A stretch of 64,000 nucleotides of DNA from Pseudonocardia sp. SCN 73-27 (lineage in GTDB: Bacteria; Actinomycetota; Actinomycetes; Mycobacteriales; Pseudonocardiaceae), in NCBI RefSeq assembly GCF_001725415.1, contig NZ_MEGH01000019.1, positions 2,795 through 66,794 on the forward strand. The letters are read 5' to 3'. Position 1 is the first letter of the stretch. The number at the start of each line of letters is the position of its first letter. The notes under the pieces were generated by a model. That model worked only from the letters and a program-made list of their open reading frames with translations, made no database searches and was not told where the DNA came from. The translations under genes were made by a program, and so were the position numbers. Positions 10,141-18,045 of this stretch are shown here, one piece after another.

Positions 10141-10626
10141 TCAGTCCTGGTCAGCGCCGGCGACGGCCTCCCGCAGCGCTGCGCGTTGCCGGTCGACGAC
10201 CGCGCCCAGCTCGGCCACGAACCGGTCGTAGGACTGCGCGCCGAGCGCCTGCCGGTGCCGGTCGGCGATCTCGGCCATGATCGCGTCGGCCGTGCGCATC
10301 TGGTCGCGACCGCGCGCGGTGGGGCCCACCAGCTTGGCTCGCCGGTCGGCCGGGTCGGGTCTGCGTTCGACGTATCCCAGCTCCTCGAGCTCGTCGACGC
10401 TCTTGCCGATGACCTGTTTGTGCTGCCCGGACAGCCGGGCCAGCTCGGTCGCGCGGATTCCGCCGACCTGCAGGTAGGCGAGGACCGCGCCGTGGCGCGG
10501 CGCGATGTCGTCGAAGCCTGCGCGGTGCAGGCGTGCGTAGAGCTCTCCCTGCACCGCGAACAGCAGCCGTCCCGCGAGGACGCCGATGTCGGTCGCCTCG
10601 TCCCGGCGGCCGGGGCCGTCGCTCAT
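10141..10626 (-). CDS. MarR-family regulator
   Basis: GIRATELARLSGQHKQVIGKSVDELEELGYVERRPDPADRRAKLV. Confidence 0.9.
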   Translation of the reverse strand: MSDGPGRRDEATDIGVLAGRLLFAVQGELYARLHRAGFDDIAPRHGAVLAYLQVGGIRATELARLSGQHKQVIGKSVDELEELGYVERRPDPADRRAKLVGPTARGRDQMRTADAIMAEIADRHRQALGAQSYDRFVAELGAVVDRQRAALREAVAGADQD

Positions 10627-11026
10627 CGTCGCCTCCCTCGTGCGCTCGTGCTGAACTCAGGGCGGAAGCCTAACGCCGCGCCCGCAGCGCTGGAGGCCTG
10701 TTGCGCCGCACCGGTTCCAGAGGCCTGGACGGCCTGGACGGCCTGGCGTGAGGGTGTGCCGTTCGATCGAGCTTCGACGTCGGTAGAAGTTTCTGTCTAC
10801 GGTGTGTCGTCGGGGAGGTGGGTCGGGGCCCGGTTCGGCCCGAGCGGGTGGCCGAGGTCGCGCGCATCATGGAGTACGGCGATGCCCGCGCCGCGAACGC
10901 GGCCCGCTTCTCGCCGGCGGCGGTCTGAAACGGCCTCCGGATCTGCTCCCGAACCGTTGCGCCGCTGGTACAGCGGCCGGACGGGTTGTACGGCCGACGA
11001 GCCCGTGGTTGACGGACCGTCCACCC

Positions 11027-11068
11027 TGTGTAGATAATTCTTGCAATCAGGATACGTCTCGTATCTTG
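11027..11068 (+). promoter_or_regulatory. Upstream element of the aldolase gene: shared 18-mer plus adjacent palindrome
   Basis: TGTGTAGATAATTCTTGC (17/18 identical to 13274-13291) followed by CAGGATACG-TCT-CGTATCTTG. Confidence 0.6.
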
Positions 11069-11182
11069 GGGTGTATGCCGTAAGCAGTAGTGGAGCGGCC
11101 CATCTTGCCGGGAGGTTGGGCGGGCGTGCGCATCGTCGCTCGCGCCACTGCGCGGACCGAGTTCGTTCGATTGGGAGGCGTG

Positions 11183-12001
11183 ATGACCGCGACGCAGGAT
11201 GTGAAAGTCGTCGACCACGACGAGGACGAGGCCCCCGTCCTCCTCGACGACCCGGAGCCCGAGAAGTCCCTCGAGCGCTCCGTGGAGGAGGAGCGCGAGC
11301 ACCGCAAGCGCGTCCTCGCCACCGGTTTCCGCATGTTCGCCCGCTACGGCTTCGAGGAGGGCGTGGCCGGCCACATCACGGCGCGCGACCCCGAGATGCC
11401 CGACCACCTCTGGGTCAATCCCTACGGCGTGCACTTCTCGCGCATGAAGGTCAGTGACCTGCTGCTGCTCGACGGTGACGGCAAGGTCGTCGGCGGCAAC
11501 AAGCGCACCAACAAGACCGCCTTCGCGATCCACGCGGCCGTCCACGACGCCCGCCCCGACATCGCGGGTGTCGCTCATGCGCACACCCTGCACGGCCGGG
11601 CCTGGGCGGCGCTGTCGCGTCCGCTCGACCCGATCATCCAGGAGTCGTGCGCGTTCTGGAACGACCACGTGGTCTTCGAGGAGTACCGCGGCCTGGTGCT
11701 CGACAAGTCCGAGGGTGAGGCCATCGGCGAGCTCATGGGCATGAAGAAGGCCGCGATCCTGCGCCACCACGGTCTGCTGACCGTCGGCCGCACGGTCGAG
11801 GAGGCCATCTGGTGGTTCATCACCATGGACCGCGCCTGCCAGATGCAGCTGATGGCCGAGGCCGCCGGCACCCCGCGGATCATGACCGACGAGGAGGCCA
11901 AGCTGGCCCACCGTCAGTTCGGCAACGCCAACCAGGCGCGGCACAGCTTCGAGCTGCTCGCCGACATCATCCAGGAGGAGGAGCCCGAGGTTCTCGACTG
12001 A
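11183..12001 (+). CDS. Class II aldolase/adducin-fold protein, NovR/CloR-like
   Basis: EGVAGHITARDP, WVNPYG, metal ligands HAHTLHG and LRHHG; GGAGG RBS. Confidence 0.85.
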   Translation: MTATQDVKVVDHDEDEAPVLLDDPEPEKSLERSVEEEREHRKRVLATGFRMFARYGFEEGVAGHITARDPEMPDHLWVNPYGVHFSRMKVSDLLLLDGDGKVVGGNKRTNKTAFAIHAAVHDARPDIAGVAHAHTLHGRAWAALSRPLDPIIQESCAFWNDHVVFEEYRGLVLDKSEGEAIGELMGMKKAAILRHHGLLTVGRTVEEAIWWFITMDRACQMQLMAEAAGTPRIMTDEEAKLAHRQFGNANQARHSFELLADIIQEEEPEVLD

Positions 12002-12097
12002 GAACCCCGCGCAGCGGTCGACGCGGAGCCGGTGACCCCGGCCCGCGTCATCAGTGCCCGGTCCTGTGTGGCCCCGGTCGGCGGATCCCGGCCGGGG

Positions 12098-12679
12098 TCA
12101 CTTCTCTTCGGAGAGCACGTCGAGGTCGGGCACACCTGGTCTGACCAGGACGAGCATCACCTTCGTGGGCGCGTCGCCGTTGTTGGTCAGCTGGTGGCTC
12201 AGGTCGCCCGGGACCATCGCCACGTCGCCGGACTGCAGGTCGATCCGGTGCGTTCCCGATCGCACCTCGATCGCGCCCTCCATGACGATGAAGACCTCCT
12301 TGGCGCCCGGCGAGTGCGGGTGGAACGGGCCCGCGGAGCAGTGCGGGGGGAGCGTGTACCGCACGATCTCCACGCCTTCCAGAACCGGGAGCACCGACTC
12401 CCGGATCGCGCCCGTCTCGTCGTCGACGAGGCTGACGCCACCATCGCCCCGCACCACCTGGACCTCGGACGAGGCGCCCGCGACCGACAGCATCGTCGCC
12501 AGCGGGACCTGCAACGCATCGGCGATCCGTGCCGCCGACGACAGGCTGGGGTTCCGTTCGCCGCGTTCGATCTTCGACAGGGTCGCCCGGGACACGCCGC
12601 TGAGCGTCGCCAATGACTCGAGGCTCAGCCGTGCCTGGTGCCGGCGCAGGCGCAGGCGTGCTCCGAAGCTCGCATTCAC
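12098..12679 (-). CDS. XRE-family HTH regulator with C-terminal cupin
   Basis: LSLESLATLSGVSRATLSKIERGERNPS and cupin HSPGAKEVFIVMEG...GDLSH. Confidence 0.9.
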   Translation of the reverse strand: MNASFGARLRLRRHQARLSLESLATLSGVSRATLSKIERGERNPSLSSAARIADALQVPLATMLSVAGASSEVQVVRGDGGVSLVDDETGAIRESVLPVLEGVEIVRYTLPPHCSAGPFHPHSPGAKEVFIVMEGAIEVRSGTHRIDLQSGDVAMVPGDLSHQLTNNGDAPTKVMLVLVRPGVPDLDVLSEEK

Positions 12680-12690
12680 AGGAAGTGAAT
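12674..12690. promoter_or_regulatory. Palindrome ATTCAC-N5-GTGAAT over the XRE start codon (candidate autoregulatory operator)
   Basis: Perfect 6-bp inverted repeat in the 63-bp divergent gap and start region. Confidence 0.55.
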
Positions 12691-12742
12691 ATCACGGCCG
12701 GCCGTGAGGTCGGCGCGACCCGCACGTCAGGAGGAACTCCCG

Positions 12743-13066
12743 ATGCCCTTCGTCGTCACGACGGCCTGCCTCGACATCCTGGACCGCAGCTGCCTGGACC
12801 AGTGCCCGGTGGACTGCATCTACCTGGGTGAACGCATGACCTACATCAATCCGGACGAGTGCATCGACTGCGGAGCGTGTGAGCCGTCGTGTCCGCAGAA
12901 CGCGATCTTCCACATCGACGACCTGCCCGCGGAGGAGGCGCATCTCGCGCCCGTCGCGGAGAGGTTCCTGCGCACGATGCGCGCGGTCGGCGGCAACATC
13001 GACCGCGGGCCGCTCGGCGCGGACCCGCCGGAGATCGCGGCACTGTCGCCGCGCGCCCAGGACTGA
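12743..13066 (+). CDS. FdxA-type [3Fe-4S]/[4Fe-4S] ferredoxin
   Basis: C..ILDRSCLDQCPVDCIY and CIDCGACEPSCP; GGAGG RBS. Confidence 0.92.
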   Translation: MPFVVTTACLDILDRSCLDQCPVDCIYLGERMTYINPDECIDCGACEPSCPQNAIFHIDDLPAEEAHLAPVAERFLRTMRAVGGNIDRGPLGADPPEIAALSPRAQD

Positions 13067-13273
13067 GTGAGGCGCGCGGCGGCGTCGCCGACGTCGCCTT
13101 CCCGGGGGCGGGCAGTTCGGACGCGGCGTCCGCGGCGAGTCGGCCCGTCGGGACACCCGGCCGACCCCGTTCACGGTGCCGGCGCACGACAGGCGACCTG
13201 CGACGAAGCCGGGCGAACCCTGCAGCGACGAACTCGGTCCGGATCCGGCGAGAGTGTTGACCGACACACCCCA

Positions 13274-13291
13274 TGTGTAGATACTTCTTGC
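13274..13291 (+). promoter_or_regulatory. Second copy of the 18-mer, upstream of the MHS transporter
   Basis: TGTGTAGATACTTCTTGC. Confidence 0.6.
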
Positions 13292-13318
13292 TCACAAGAC
13301 TCTTCTAGTGGAGGTCGT

Positions 13319-14683
13319 ATGTCTGGCGAGACGGCCAAGTTGGACACACCAGTGTCGGCACGAAAGATCGCGCTCGCGAGCGCGATCGGGACGACCATCG
13401 AGTGGTACGACTTCCTGATCTATGCGACCGCTGCATCGCTGGTCTTCGGCAAGATCTTCTTTCCGACCGGCTCGGCCCTCGTGAGCAGCCTGCTCGCGGT
13501 GTCGACCATCGGCGCCGGCTTCCTCGCCCGGCCCCTCGGCGCGATCGTGCTGAGCAACTACGGTGACAAGGTCGGCCGCAAGTCCCTGCTCGTCGGGACA
13601 CTCGGCGCGATGGGCATCGCGACCACTTTGATCGGCCTGCTGCCGACCTACGCCCAGATCGGTATCTGGGCGCCGATCCTGCTGGTGCTGCTGCGCCTCG
13701 TGCAGGGGATCGCGGTCGGTGGCGAGTGGGGCGGCGCCGTGCTGATGGCGATCGAGCACGCGCCGCGCAACCGTCGCGGCTTCTACGGCAGCCTCGTGCA
13801 GATCGGGTTCCCCGTAGGCATGGCGCTCGGGACGTTCTCGTTCCTGCTGCTGGCCCTGCTGCCCGAACCGCACTTCCTGTCGTGGGGCTGGCGCATCCCG
13901 TTCCTCGTCAGCGCGGTCCTCGTGGTGGTCGGGCTCGTCATCCGGCTCAAGGTCACGGAGTCACCGGAGTTCGAGGCGTCGCGGGAGAAGGGCGAGCTCG
14001 TCAAGTACCCGGTGTGGGAGGCGGTGCGCAGGCACCCCAAGAACCTGCTCATCGGCCTGGGTGCGCGCATCACCGAGCTGTCGTGGATCTACGTTCTCAC
14101 GATCTTCGCGCTCGAGTTCGCGACCCACACCCTGCACATCCCGCGGACCTTGGTCCTCGCGGCGATCGGGATCGGTGCGCTGCTCGAGCTCGTCACCGTT
14201 CCGTTGTGCGGGGCGCTGTCCGACCGCGTCGGGCGCCGCGCCATCTACATCGCCGGGTCGGTCGCGGCCGGGCTGCTCGCGTTCCCTGTCTTCTGGGCCA
14301 TCGCCAGCCGTGAGGGCTGGGCCGTCGTGCTCGCGTTCACGATCGGCATGGCCGTCGGGCACGGCGTCATGTACGGCGTGCAGGCGAGTTTCCTGTCGGA
14401 GATGTTCGGCGCCAACGTCCGCTACAGCGGGGCGTCGCTGGGCTACCAGCTCGCCGCGCCCATCGGCGGCGGCCTGGTGCCGGTACTCGCGACCTGGATC
14501 GTCGGCGTCTCGGGCGGCACGTGGGGCGTGTCGGTGATGATGATCGTGCTCGCGCTGATCACCGTCGTCGCCGTCTACTTCGCAAAGGAGACGGCCGCTG
14601 GGAAGGCTGGGGGCACGAGTTCCGCGCACTCCGACAGCACCCAGAGCGTCTCTCCTCCGGGGGAGATCACCGTCACGTCGTGA
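13319..14683 (+). CDS. MFS transporter, MHS (metabolite:H+ symporter, ShiA-like) family
   Basis: GTTIEWYDF, GDKVGRK, RLVQGIAVGGEWGGA and WGWRIPFL; about 12 TM segments. Confidence 0.93.
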   Translation: MSGETAKLDTPVSARKIALASAIGTTIEWYDFLIYATAASLVFGKIFFPTGSALVSSLLAVSTIGAGFLARPLGAIVLSNYGDKVGRKSLLVGTLGAMGIATTLIGLLPTYAQIGIWAPILLVLLRLVQGIAVGGEWGGAVLMAIEHAPRNRRGFYGSLVQIGFPVGMALGTFSFLLLALLPEPHFLSWGWRIPFLVSAVLVVVGLVIRLKVTESPEFEASREKGELVKYPVWEAVRRHPKNLLIGLGARITELSWIYVLTIFALEFATHTLHIPRTLVLAAIGIGALLELVTVPLCGALSDRVGRRAIYIAGSVAAGLLAFPVFWAIASREGWAVVLAFTIGMAVGHGVMYGVQASFLSEMFGANVRYSGASLGYQLAAPIGGGLVPVLATWIVGVSGGTWGVSVMMIVLALITVVAVYFAKETAAGKAGGTSSAHSDSTQSVSPPGEITVTS

Positions 14684-14811
14684 GAAGGGCTCCGTCCAGG
14701 TGGGTCAACCCCGGTGTCCGGTGACATCGGGGCCGGCCCGGCCGACGGTCGGTGCGTGTCCACCGCTGTTCGCGGCGGCCGCGCCGCTGACGGGCCCCCA
14801 CCGGGACGGGC

Positions 14812-15093
14812 TCAGCTCGCCAGGCGCATCGCGCGGGCTGCGGCGCCGCGCTGGGCGACGAGGCGCGCCGAGGAGTCGTGTCCGGCCAGGTGACAGTCCC
14901 AGGCCGTGTCGACGAGCCGTCTCAGCGTCGTGGAGACGAGGCCCGCGGGGAGTGCCGCAACCGCGATCTCGGCCCGGTGGAGTGCATCGGTGACGGCGCG
15001 GGACGTGGGTTCCGCGCGGAGGGCGCCGATGGCGGTGTCGACGGCCTGGGCCGCCCAGTGGAGCGAGCCCATGGCGGCAGCTCTCGTGGCCAT
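14812..15093 (-). CDS. Hypothetical 93-aa helical protein
   Basis: GGAGG RBS before ATG and GC3-biased codons; no family recognised. Confidence 0.6.
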   Translation of the reverse strand: MATRAAAMGSLHWAAQAVDTAIGALRAEPTSRAVTDALHRAEIAVAALPAGLVSTTLRRLVDTAWDCHLAGHDSSARLVAQRGAAARAMRLAS

Positions 15094-15133
15094 GCTGCAC
15101 CTCCTCGATGGTCGGGATGTAGCCTCTAGCTCA

Positions 15134-15195
15134 TCTTGGTCAAGGTAGCATTGACCGCGGTGCAGTCAAGAAGAGGTTGACGGGTTTGACCAAGA
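15134..15195. promoter_or_regulatory. Tandem GTCAA-N7-TTGAC palindromes inside a 10-bp inverted repeat
   Basis: GTCAA-N7-TTGAC at 15139-15155 and 15165-15181; TCTTGGTCAA 15134-15143 and TTGACCAAGA 15186-15195. Confidence 0.65.
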
Positions 15196-15437
15196 AAAAG
15201 GTGTTCGCGCAGGTCAGGGACGCGGCCGACGAGCTGGAGACCTCCACCGACGAGCTGGTCCGCCTCGCCGCGGCGCGCACCCTGCGTCAGCTCGCCGAGC
15301 AGGTCGAGCGCGAGGTCGTCGACGACGCCCGCGCAGCCGGGGTCCGCTGGATCGACATCGGCGAGGTCTACGGCACGTCGAAACAGAGCGTCCAGCAGCG
15401 CTTCACCGCGCGCCGGGCAGCGGCCACCGAGAGCTGA
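15177..15437 (+). CDS. Small HTH DNA-binding protein
   Basis: C-terminal ARAAGVRWIDIGEVYGTSKQSVQQRF HTH. The TTG start is uncertain and possibly leaderless. Confidence 0.75.
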   Translation: MTGLTKKKVFAQVRDAADELETSTDELVRLAAARTLRQLAEQVEREVVDDARAAGVRWIDIGEVYGTSKQSVQQRFTARRAAATES

Positions 15438-15469
15438 CTGTGAGGCCGGCGGGTCAGCCTCCGTCGACA

Positions 15470-15697
15470 ATGACGCATGTTGACCCCCCTGAGCCGGATC
15501 GGCACCCGGATCGGGGGGCCTGGCTTGACACTCCTCGACGCGCGTCGTGAACCTGGGACCAGCCTCGACGCGGAGTGCCGGAGGAAACGTTGAACGCCGA
15601 CGAGTGGAGCGAGACCCACCGGCTCCACGCCGAGGGGATGTCCGTCAAGGGCCTCGCCGCGCACCTCGGGATGCCGCGCAACACCGTCCGCCGCGCG
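15470..15697 (+). mobile_element. IS21-family left-end remnant with truncated IstA transposase N-terminus (36 codons, 15590-15697)
   Basis: LNADEWSETHRLHAEGMSVKGLAAHLGMPRNTVRRA matches the IstA HTH pattern (EDWAEIRRLH..EGM.I..IAR.LG..RNTVRRA). Upstream TTGACCCCC resembles IS21 terminal repeats. The left boundary is approximate. Confidence 0.65.
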
Positions 15698-15701
15698 CCG
15701 G

Positions 15702-16103
15702 ATCACGCTGGAGAAGAAGCGCCCCGGCTACCCGACGGTCGTCGGGGACTCGGAGATGTTCCGCCGCGGCTTCGTCGAGCACGACGCGCTGCTGCAGGCC
15801 GCCCGGCTCTACGTCTACGACGTGCACGCCGAGGCCGAGGCCGCCGCGGCCGCCGGCACGATCACCGACGAGCACCGCGCCCGGCTGCGCCAGGCCGCGA
15901 CCTGGGTGCAGAAGGTCGCCCAGGACATCGTGACCTGGGCCTACAACTGGGGCGGCTCCGCCTCGATCCGCAACCCGAGCGTTCTCGGCCGCTGCCTGCG
16001 CGACATCTCCGTCGGCGCCCAGCACATGCTCGTCGAGCCGATGACGCTGGTCGAGGCCTCGACCCCGATCATCGCCGGCTACCTGAACAAGGAGAACGCC
16101 TGA
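15702..16103 (+). pseudogene. C-terminal fragment of an acyl-CoA dehydrogenase-fold flavin monooxygenase (HsaA/IacA-like)
   Basis: GGSASIRNPSVLGRCLRDISVGAQH; the N-terminal two thirds are missing and replaced by the IS remnant. Confidence 0.7.
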
Positions 16104-16294
16104 TGTCCGACACCGACAACCTCACCGAGGCGTTCGCCGCCGCCGACAAGGGCGACGCCAGCCTGCTGGTCGGCCTCTACGCCGACGACATGACCTGGGC
16201 CGGCTTCGAGCCGGACGGCACCCAGACCGTCTACACGAAGGGCTCGTTCCTCGAGGGCTTCGGCGAGTACTGGACCAAGCTGGGTCTTGCCTGA
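16103..16294 (+). pseudogene. Truncated SnoaL/NTF2-like protein (63 aa)
   Basis: AFAAADKGD...LYADDMTW N-terminal NTF2 pattern, about half the usual length; coupled to neighbours by TGATG overlaps. Confidence 0.5.
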
Positions 16295-16454
16295 TGGCGG
16301 GTCGCGTCGAGGGCAAGGTCGCGCTCGTCACCGGGCGGCACGGGGCCAGGGCCGGGCGCACGCCCTGCGGCTGGCCGAGGAGGGCGCCGACATCACCGCC
16401 GTCGACCTCGCGCGGATGCTGCTCGTGACCCGCCGCGCCCAGGCCGCTGCCTGA
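16294..16454 (+). pseudogene. Frameshifted N-terminal fragment of an SDR oxidoreductase (mycofactocin-associated SDR-like)
   Basis: MAGRVEGKVALVTG, then after a 1-nt deletion ARGQGRAHALRLAEEGADITAVDL, then a premature end. Confidence 0.75.
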
Positions 16455-16462
16455 GCCCGGCC

Positions 16463-16666
16463 TCAGCCCACGATCCGCAGCGACAACAGCGGTGCGCCGA
16501 TGTCGCGGACGGCGGCGAGGACGCCGTGGAGGCGGGCCTGGTCGGGCATCGGTCCGGTGAGGGTCGAGGTGCCGTCGGGGTGACGGGCGAGGACGAGGTC
16601 GCCGAGCAGCGGGGACCAGTGGTCGTCGAGGTGGCCGGCGACGCGGAGCTCGTAGGTGGCGCTCAC
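16463..16666 (-). CDS. Small 67-aa conserved-looking protein (companion of MalT-like regulator cassette)
   Basis: MSATYELRVAGHLDDHW...GPMPDQARLHGVLAAVRDIGAPLLSL; GTGA overlap with the upstream gene. Confidence 0.7.
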   Translation of the reverse strand: MSATYELRVAGHLDDHWSPLLGDLVLARHPDGTSTLTGPMPDQARLHGVLAAVRDIGAPLLSLRIVG

Positions 16667-17286
16667 GCGGGTGTCCGAACAGGACGCCTGATGATCCACT
16701 CCGCGACCGCCAGGTTCACGATCCAACCGGCTCCGTTCGCGAGGTCGGTGACCCACACGCCGGTGCCGAACACGGCGGTGCCGAGGCCGATCGTCAGGAC
16801 CTGGGTGCCGGCGGCGAGGGCGATCGCGTAGGCGCGGATCATCCACGCCCGGTGCGCGGCCAGGGCACGACGTCGGACGGCCGCGACGCCGAGCACCAGG
16901 CACGCGGCCTGCGCCGAGCCGAACACCAGCCGCAGCAGGTACAGCAGATCGCCGGTGCCCGGCTTCGGCGGCGTGAACAGCGTCATCCACAGCGCCGATC
17001 CGGCTACGACCAGCCCCGCCGTGACGACGACCTTGCCGGCGCGGCGGTGCCAGCCGCCGCGGCGCAGCGCCGGGACGAACTGGGCGGCCCCGCCGAGCAC
17101 GAACACCGCCGCGCCGAGGACGTGCAGCACCACGGGAAGCGGCCCGGCGTCGAAGCGGGGGTCGGTGGGCACGACGGCGGGTCCGCCGGCGAGCTGCAGC
17201 AGCCGCAGCCCGCCCACCGTCAGGGGAATCGCCGCGAGGGCGACGAGCGCCCCCGCGATCGCCCACGACCGGACGGCCGTCGTCAT
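16663..17286 (-). CDS. DUF2306-like membrane protein
   Basis: LHVLGAAVF..GAAQF, WHRRAGK and AHRAWMIRAYA; ATGA overlap. Confidence 0.82.
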   Translation of the reverse strand: MTTAVRSWAIAGALVALAAIPLTVGGLRLLQLAGGPAVVPTDPRFDAGPLPVVLHVLGAAVFVLGGAAQFVPALRRGGWHRRAGKVVVTAGLVVAGSALWMTLFTPPKPGTGDLLYLLRLVFGSAQAACLVLGVAAVRRRALAAHRAWMIRAYAIALAAGTQVLTIGLGTAVFGTGVWVTDLANGAGWIVNLAVAEWIIRRPVRTPA

Positions 17287-17948
17287 CGGACCGCGGGCGC
17301 GTCGACAACCGGTGTGGTCTCGGGGCGGCCCTGCCACAGCGAGACGCCGAGCCCGATCAGCGCGACGGCGACCGGGAGCGCGGCCAGCCGCAGCAGCGAG
17401 TGCGGAACCAGCGGCGCGGCCAGGGTGAGGACGGGCCCGACGGCCAGCAGCGCCGACGCCCACCGGGCGAGGACCCGGGCGCGGAACAGGGTGATGCCGA
17501 GCAGGACGCCGCCGACGAGGTAGAGCGCGAACGACGCCGGGCCGACCATGGCCACGGCGCCGAGGTCGCCGGTGTCGCCGCCACCGGGGATCGCGAGGAT
17601 CTCCGCGGCGACGCCCGGTGCGGTACCGGCCAGCTCGGGCAGCACGAACGCCTCGACGAACGTGTATGCCGTCGTCACGAGGTAGAAGCCGCTGAACGCC
17701 AGCCATCCGACGAGGCCGGCGACGCCGACCCGCCGCGCCTGGCTCAGGTACAGCCCGGCGGTCCCGGCGAGGCCGAGGACGGCCATCAGCAACGTCAGGT
17801 AGTGGGTGACGGCCCAGCCGGTGGTCGTGACGGCAGCGACCGTCTCGGCGGGGTGGATGAACTGTACGAACCCGAACAGCAGGCCGGACGCCGCGGCGGC
17901 GAGGCCCGCGGCCCGCGTGAGGCCGGTGACGGTGACGGTGACGGTCAT
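17283..17948 (-). CDS. Multi-pass membrane protein of unknown function
   Basis: Hydrophobic 221-aa ORF with GC3 bias, coupled to DUF2306. Confidence 0.75.
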   Translation of the reverse strand: MTVTVTVTGLTRAAGLAAAASGLLFGFVQFIHPAETVAAVTTTGWAVTHYLTLLMAVLGLAGTAGLYLSQARRVGVAGLVGWLAFSGFYLVTTAYTFVEAFVLPELAGTAPGVAAEILAIPGGGDTGDLGAVAMVGPASFALYLVGGVLLGITLFRARVLARWASALLAVGPVLTLAAPLVPHSLLRLAALPVAVALIGLGVSLWQGRPETTPVVDAPAVR

Positions 17949-18015
17949 GTCTGCTCCCAGGCGTATCGGTGTCCGGTGTGCCGCAGACGTTATGGACCGA
18001 CATGGTGAGCGCACA

Positions 18016-18031
18016 TCACATGACGATGTGA
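18016..18031. promoter_or_regulatory. Palindrome TCACAT-N4-ATGTGA between MalT-like regulator and its downstream operon
   Basis: Perfect 6-bp inverted repeat in a 97-bp gap. Confidence 0.55.
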
Positions 18032-18045
18032 CCCGGGCCCACGGC

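Noticed and set aside
10722-10748. Threefold 9-bp tandem GGCCTGGAC as a CRISPR or iteron array
   Set aside because: No spacers, too short and no cas or rep genes; consistent with simple slippage. No CRISPR array was seen anywhere in the window.
12032-12101. 12-bp inverted repeat GTGACCCCGGCC / GGCCGGGGTCAC (similar TGACCCCGG IR near 24945-24970) as a MITE or REP family
   Set aside because: Both lie between convergent genes and overlap stop codons, so they are best explained as terminator-like hairpins. No target-site duplication was seen.
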